Source: Faecousia sp. (GTDB lineage Bacteria > Bacillota > Clostridia > Oscillospirales > Oscillospiraceae). From it: 52,240 nt of DNA. The stretch's first letter is position 1. Every line of letters begins with the position of its first letter. Positions 47,937 to 52,240 of this stretch are shown in pieces. The notes beneath the pieces were generated by a model. It was not told where the DNA came from and did not search any database. It saw only the letters and a list, made by a program, of their open reading frames with translations. Both the position numbers and the translations under genes were made by a program. The stretch covers positions 1 to 52,240 of the forward strand of contig JAZNRQ010000086.1 in the NCBI GenBank assembly GCA_045590735.1. Direction: 5' to 3'.

Positions 47937-49162
47937 TCTATATATTCCTTTACGATACGGATATAATGTTCGATCACATAATCTGCCTGATCATCTGTAA
48001 GACAAGTGTGCAGCGGCAGGGTGATCTCGTTTTCAAAATGGGCATAGGCATTGGGGAAATCCTGGATATCATAGCCCAGGTTCTTGTAAGCCGTGTGCAT
48101 CGGCAGGGGCTTATAATGGACATTGCAGGCAATACCCGCTTCTGCCATTTTGATAATGATCTCATTGCGTTCCCGGGCACTGATCCCCGGAACGCAGGTA
48201 ATGTACAGGTGTCCACAGGATTCATACTGCTTCGTATAATGGCGAAGCACCTGAATACCTGCAGGCTTCAGCGCAGCATCGTACTTTTCGATCAGTTCCC
48301 TGCGACGGCGAAGCATTTCGGGGTAACGCTCCAGCTGCATCAGGCCAATGGCCGCAGTTACATCGGTCATATTGCACTTATACCAGGTACCTACAATGTC
48401 ATATTCCCAGGCACCCAGCTGGGTCTTTGCCAAAGCATCCTTGCTCTGTCCATGCAGGCTCAAAAGCTGCAGCTGCTTGTAGATAGCTTCGTTGTCCACC
48501 CCCGGAATTGTCCGCCAAGTCAGCGCACCGCCTTCCGCGGTAGTCAGGTTCTTAACCGCGTGGAAAGAGAAGGAGGAAAAATCTGCCACTGAACCGATCA
48601 TCTGGTCCCCCAGCTTTGCGCCGAAGGCGTGGGCGGTATCTGCCATAATGGCGACACGGCCCAACGCTTTCTGCAAGTCGGTGGCAGGCTTAAAGAATTC
48701 CCGCTTTTCTTCTGCAATGGCAAACAGCCGCTCATAATCGCAGGGGATGCCACCCAGGTCTACCGGAATGATCGCCTTGGTCTTTTCGTTGACCGCAGCT
48801 GACACCGCATCATAATCCATTTCCAGCGAATCCTTTTGACAGTCGATCAGCACCGGACGGGCACCTACATGGCACACTACCGATGCGGAAGCCGTATATG
48901 TATAAGCAGGTACGATCACTTCGTCACCGGGGCCTACACCCAACACCCGCAGTGCCATTTCCGCGCAGGCGGTCTGGGAGTTCAGGCAAACGCACTTTTC
49001 CGTACCTACATAAGCCGCGATGTTTCTTTCCAGCTGCTTTGTCCGGGGGCCGGTGGTGATCCAGCCGGAACGGAGCGCCGCTGCCACCTCCTGCACCTCC
49101 ATTTCGGAAATATCCGGGGGTGAGAAGGGTATATTCATCTTCACATTTGCTGCCGTTTCCAC
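47933..49162 (-). CDS. DegT/DnrJ aminotransferase, AatB/WcfR-like (UDP-AAT-Gal synthesis)
   Basis: NIPFSPPDI, LRSGWITTGP, SFHAVKNLTTAEGG, SLHGQSKDALAK, YKCNMTD and NVHYKPLP motifs; GAGGTG RBS before GTG. Confidence 0.85.
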   Translation of the reverse strand: METAANVKMNIPFSPPDISEMEVQEVAAALRSGWITTGPRTKQLERNIAAYVGTEKCVCLNSQTACAEMALRVLGVGPGDEVIVPAYTYTASASVVCHVGARPVLIDCQKDSLEMDYDAVSAAVNEKTKAIIPVDLGGIPCDYERLFAIAEEKREFFKPATDLQKALGRVAIMADTAHAFGAKLGDQMIGSVADFSSFSFHAVKNLTTAEGGALTWRTIPGVDNEAIYKQLQLLSLHGQSKDALAKTQLGAWEYDIVGTWYKCNMTDVTAAIGLMQLERYPEMLRRRRELIEKYDAALKPAGIQVLRHYTKQYESCGHLYITCVPGISARERNEIIIKMAEAGIACNVHYKPLPMHTAYKNLGYDIQDFPNAYAHFENEITLPLHTCLTDDQADYVIEHYIRIVKEYIE

Positions 49163-49214
49163 AGGCGGCACCTCTTTTCCGCAGCTTACGCTGCACATTC
49201 CTTTTCAACTTACT

Positions 49215-49243
49215 ATTATACGACACGACCTTATAAAAATCAA
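49215..49243 (-). promoter_or_regulatory. sigma70 promoter of the polysaccharide operon
   Basis: Minus strand TTGATT-17 bp-TATAAT. Confidence 0.8.
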
Positions 49244-49384
49244 GGGAAACTGCAATAAAAAAACCTTGATCTTTCGGTATTTTTCCACATTTTTCGACAT
49301 TTTGTATTATCTTCCGGTTTTTTCACAATTTACCCAACCCGTTAGTTTTTTCTGCCACCTTTCCACCCAACAACAGAAAAGCGG

Positions 49385-49413
49385 TTTACTTTTTCCGCTA
49401 TGCGTGGTATACT
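49385..49413 (+). promoter_or_regulatory. sigma70 promoter of rodA-uxaC
   Basis: TTTACT-17 bp-TATACT with extended TG. Confidence 0.65.
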
Positions 49414-49436
49414 GCATAGAAAAAGGGGGTGATGTG

Positions 49437-50618
49437 GTGCGACGTGCTGTTTATCGTTTTTGGGAAGCTTTCCGGAAGGGAGATCTGGTGCTTCTGCTCC
49501 TGTGTGTTGTGACCACCATTTTCGGCTGTCTGATGATCGCCAGTACTACCAACGGCTATGATGCCGGTTCCTCCCGTTATCTGATCGTGCAGATCGGTGC
49601 GTCGCTGGCAGGCATCTTCTTCTTTGTGATAATTTCCGCCATCGATACCGACTTTTTCTCGGAACACCGAATGCTTCTGGCACTGGGCAATATAGCCCTG
49701 CTTCTGTTGCTGATTCCCTTTGGTGTCCGGGTCAACGGTAATCGCAGCTGGCTGCGGCTACCCCTCCTGCCCTTTAACATTCAGGTAGCAGAGATCTGTA
49801 AGATCACATTTATTCTGATTTTGGCATCGGTAATGGCTGCCCGGCAAAACAACATTTCCTCTTTCAAATCCGTAGGACATATGCTGTTCCACCTGATTCT
49901 TTTGTTTGCCGCCAGCTATTTCTTATCCGACGACCTGGGTGTTTCTCTGATTTTCGTGTTTATCTTTGCAGGAATGACTTTTTCCGGCGGTGTCAGCATT
50001 TTCTGGTTCTTACTGGCAGGCAGTTTGATCGCCGTTACTGTGCCCATCGCCTGGAACTTTATCTTGGCTGACTATCAGAAAGAGCGTATTCAGGTGCTTT
50101 TTGACCCCAGCCTCGACCCCTATGGTACCGGTCCTATGTACCACGCAGTCCGCGCACTGCGCTCCCTGACCGGCGGCAGTTTGATGGGACAAGGCCTGTT
50201 TCAGGGCAACCGCACCCAAACCGGTGCGCTTTTCGCCCAGCATACGGACTTTATTTACTCCGCCATCGGCGAAGAGATGGGCTTTGTAGGCTGCACATTG
50301 GTGTTGGTTCTGCTGGGTGCCATCGTGATCCGGTGCATTTGGGTAGGCATCCGCAGTCAGGATACCCTGCGGCGGCTGGTCTGCTTTGGTGCTGCATCGG
50401 CCCTGATCTTCCAAGTCGTCGTTAACATCGGCATGTGTATCGGTGTTATGCCGGTTATCGGTCTGACACTTCCCTTTATCAGCTACGGTGGCTCGTCCAT
50501 CATCACCCTGTACGCAATGCTGGGTCTTGTTTCCGGTGTATATGCCCGTCCCGCTGCTACCAGCCACGAGAGGTACATACGCCCACCCCAAAATTACCAC
50601 GGAGGTTTACGCCTGTGA
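49437..50618 (+). CDS. rodA: SEDS family protein RodA/FtsW
   Basis: NGNRSW, IQVAEICK, DLG, YQKERI, HTDFIYSAIGEEMG and GLTLPFISYGGSS motifs; GGGGGTGAT RBS. Confidence 0.9.
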   Translation: MRRAVYRFWEAFRKGDLVLLLLCVVTTIFGCLMIASTTNGYDAGSSRYLIVQIGASLAGIFFFVIISAIDTDFFSEHRMLLALGNIALLLLLIPFGVRVNGNRSWLRLPLLPFNIQVAEICKITFILILASVMAARQNNISSFKSVGHMLFHLILLFAASYFLSDDLGVSLIFVFIFAGMTFSGGVSIFWFLLAGSLIAVTVPIAWNFILADYQKERIQVLFDPSLDPYGTGPMYHAVRALRSLTGGSLMGQGLFQGNRTQTGALFAQHTDFIYSAIGEEMGFVGCTLVLVLLGAIVIRCIWVGIRSQDTLRRLVCFGAASALIFQVVVNIGMCIGVMPVIGLTLPFISYGGSSIITLYAMLGLVSGVYARPAATSHERYIRPPQNYHGGLRL

Positions 50619-52048
50619 AAACATTTATGGATCAAGATTTTCTTTTAGAAACTGAAACTGCAAAACACCTGTTCCACGATTACGCAAAGTCCATGCCTCT
50701 GGCTGACTACCACTGCCACCTGAACCCCCGGGAGATCTATGAGGACCGCCGGTTCAATAACCTGGTGGAGGTATGGCTGGGAGGCCTGGAAAACGGTGTG
50801 CTGGCAGGCGACCACTACAAGTGGCGTATGATGCGTGCCAACGGCGTTCCGGAGGAATATGTCACCGGCGGCAAGCCCGCCTATGAGCGGTTTTTGAAGC
50901 TGACGGAAGCACTGGAGCTGGCCATCGGCAATCCCATGTACCACTGGTGTCACCTGGAATTGCAACAATTTTTCGGTGTGACCGAGCCGCTGACCGTTGA
51001 GAGTGCGCCCCGGATCTGGGAGCACTGCAACAAGCTGTTGCAGGAAGACCCGGATATGACCGCAAGAGGTCTGATCCGTAAGGCAAATGTGGCTTTTATC
51101 GGCACAACAGACGATCCCATTGATACCCTGGAGTGGCACGAAAAGATCGCTGCGGATCCTACCATCGAAGTCAAAGTCTGCCCCTCTTTCCGTCCCGATA
51201 AGGCAATGAATATCCACAAGCCCGGTTTCGCAGAGTACATCTGCAAGCTGGCTGCGGCTGTGGGTAAGGAATCTTTGGATTCCGCTCAGGAGGTTGCAGA
51301 CGCACTGGTGCAGCGGATCGAGTATTTCCACGAAAGAGGCTGCCGTGCCAGCGACCACGGCTTCGAGGCCGTGGTCCCCTTCCGCCCCATTTCTATGGAA
51401 CAGGCAAACCAGATCTTCCACAAGGGCATTGCCGGTGAAGCACTGACTCAGGAGGAGATCGAAGGCTATCAGACTGTGCTGATGCTCACCGTCGGCAAAA
51501 CCTATCACAGGCTGAACATCGCTATGCAGATCCATTACTCCTGCCTGCGCAACACCAACGAACGGATGTTTAAGACTTTGGGTGCAGATGCCGGCTTTGA
51601 CGCCATTGCGCAAAACACCTGCGGTGTGAATATCTTCAATTTCCTGTCTGCACTGGACGCTACAAACCAGTGTCCCAAGACCATTTTGTACTCCCTGAAT
51701 CCGGCTGACAACGAGCAGCTTGGCACCCTGGCAAACTCTTTCCAGGGCAGCGAGATCCCCGGCAAGATCCAGCACGGCTCCGCCTGGTGGTTTAACGACA
51801 ACAAGACCGGTATGATCGATCAGATGGTCTCCCTTGCCAATCTGGGAATCTTGGGTAATTTTGTGGGTATGCTCACCGACTCCCGTTCCTTCCTCAGCTA
51901 CGCACGGCACGATTATTTCCGCAGAATTCTGTGTAATCTCATCGGCAACTGGGTGGAAAACGGCGAATATCCCAATAACGATGCCGCCCTGAAGCGGATT
52001 GTAGAGGGCATCAGCTTTACAAACGCAAAACGCTATTTTGATATTTAA
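50615..52048 (+). CDS. uxaC: Glucuronate (uronate) isomerase
   Basis: FMDQDFLL, DYHCHL, GDHYKWR, TTDDP, SDHG, GSAWWFND and GMLTDSRSFLSY.RH motifs; GGAGG RBS, GTGA overlap with the rodA stop. Confidence 0.97.
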   Translation: MKTFMDQDFLLETETAKHLFHDYAKSMPLADYHCHLNPREIYEDRRFNNLVEVWLGGLENGVLAGDHYKWRMMRANGVPEEYVTGGKPAYERFLKLTEALELAIGNPMYHWCHLELQQFFGVTEPLTVESAPRIWEHCNKLLQEDPDMTARGLIRKANVAFIGTTDDPIDTLEWHEKIAADPTIEVKVCPSFRPDKAMNIHKPGFAEYICKLAAAVGKESLDSAQEVADALVQRIEYFHERGCRASDHGFEAVVPFRPISMEQANQIFHKGIAGEALTQEEIEGYQTVLMLTVGKTYHRLNIAMQIHYSCLRNTNERMFKTLGADAGFDAIAQNTCGVNIFNFLSALDATNQCPKTILYSLNPADNEQLGTLANSFQGSEIPGKIQHGSAWWFNDNKTGMIDQMVSLANLGILGNFVGMLTDSRSFLSYARHDYFRRILCNLIGNWVENGEYPNNDAALKRIVEGISFTNAKRYFDI

Positions 52049-52050
52049 AT

Positions 52051-52098
52051 AAAAATCCCAGCCGGCAGCTTCACAAAAGCTGCCGGCTGATTTTTCTT
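52051..52098 (+). terminator. Intrinsic terminator after uxaC
   Basis: CAGCCGGCAGCTT/AAGCTGCCGGCTG stem followed by ATTTTTCTT. Confidence 0.85.
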
Positions 52099-52112
52099 GA
52101 TTCCACATTTTC

Positions 52113-52240
52113 AAATTCCAATTTATCGAGCGATTACAATTTTCGTTGTCATTGCGAACCAGTGACCGATGTCACTGGTGTGGCAATCTAAAAACCAAGT
52201 GTTACCAATAGATTGCCACGCCAGTTTGCGAACTGGCTCG
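52113..52240. repeat. REPIN/MITE-like element, copy E (truncated at window end)
   Basis: Reverse complement of positions 51-178 with 2 mismatches by eye. Confidence 0.92.

Noticed and set aside
49020-49436. N-terminal extensions of rodA and of several other ORF-track starts
   Set aside because: They overlap promoters or neighbouring genes; downstream starts have clear RBSs and match family N-termini.

Overview
A 52-kb chromosomal segment from a Gram-positive anaerobe. Gene style and repeats suggest Clostridia, probably Oscillospiraceae-like (inference). Left part (1-17.6 kb): carbohydrate and surface accessory genes, namely a ceramidase-like lipoprotein, an SDR/uxuA deletion scar, an SMP-30 lactonase, two AraC regulators, a ~2,300-aa membrane-anchored repeat protein, a beta-helix/PHP fusion and a large GH106-like hydrolase. 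Middle (17.85-49.2 kb): one ~31-kb minus-strand Wzx/Wzy polysaccharide operon. It has an AatB/WcfR-like aminotransferase plus a TacA/WcfS-like initiating transferase (AAT-Gal signature), uronic acid, L-FucNAc and viosamine pathways, four ATP-grasp proteins (one GNAT-fused), an Asn-synthase-like enzyme, an orphan TRAP permease and udk. Right end: rodA overlapping uxaC. Five copies of a short non-coding element share a 19-bp outer inverted repeat but carry different, shuffled REP-like hairpin pairs. Best leads: (i) that modular REP-cassette element family; (ii) an unnamed ~65-aa module shared by the lipoprotein enzyme and the four N-terminal repeats of the giant protein; (iii) a possibly zwitterionic, heavily amide-decorated polysaccharide. 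All family calls come from visual motif recognition; no searches were run.
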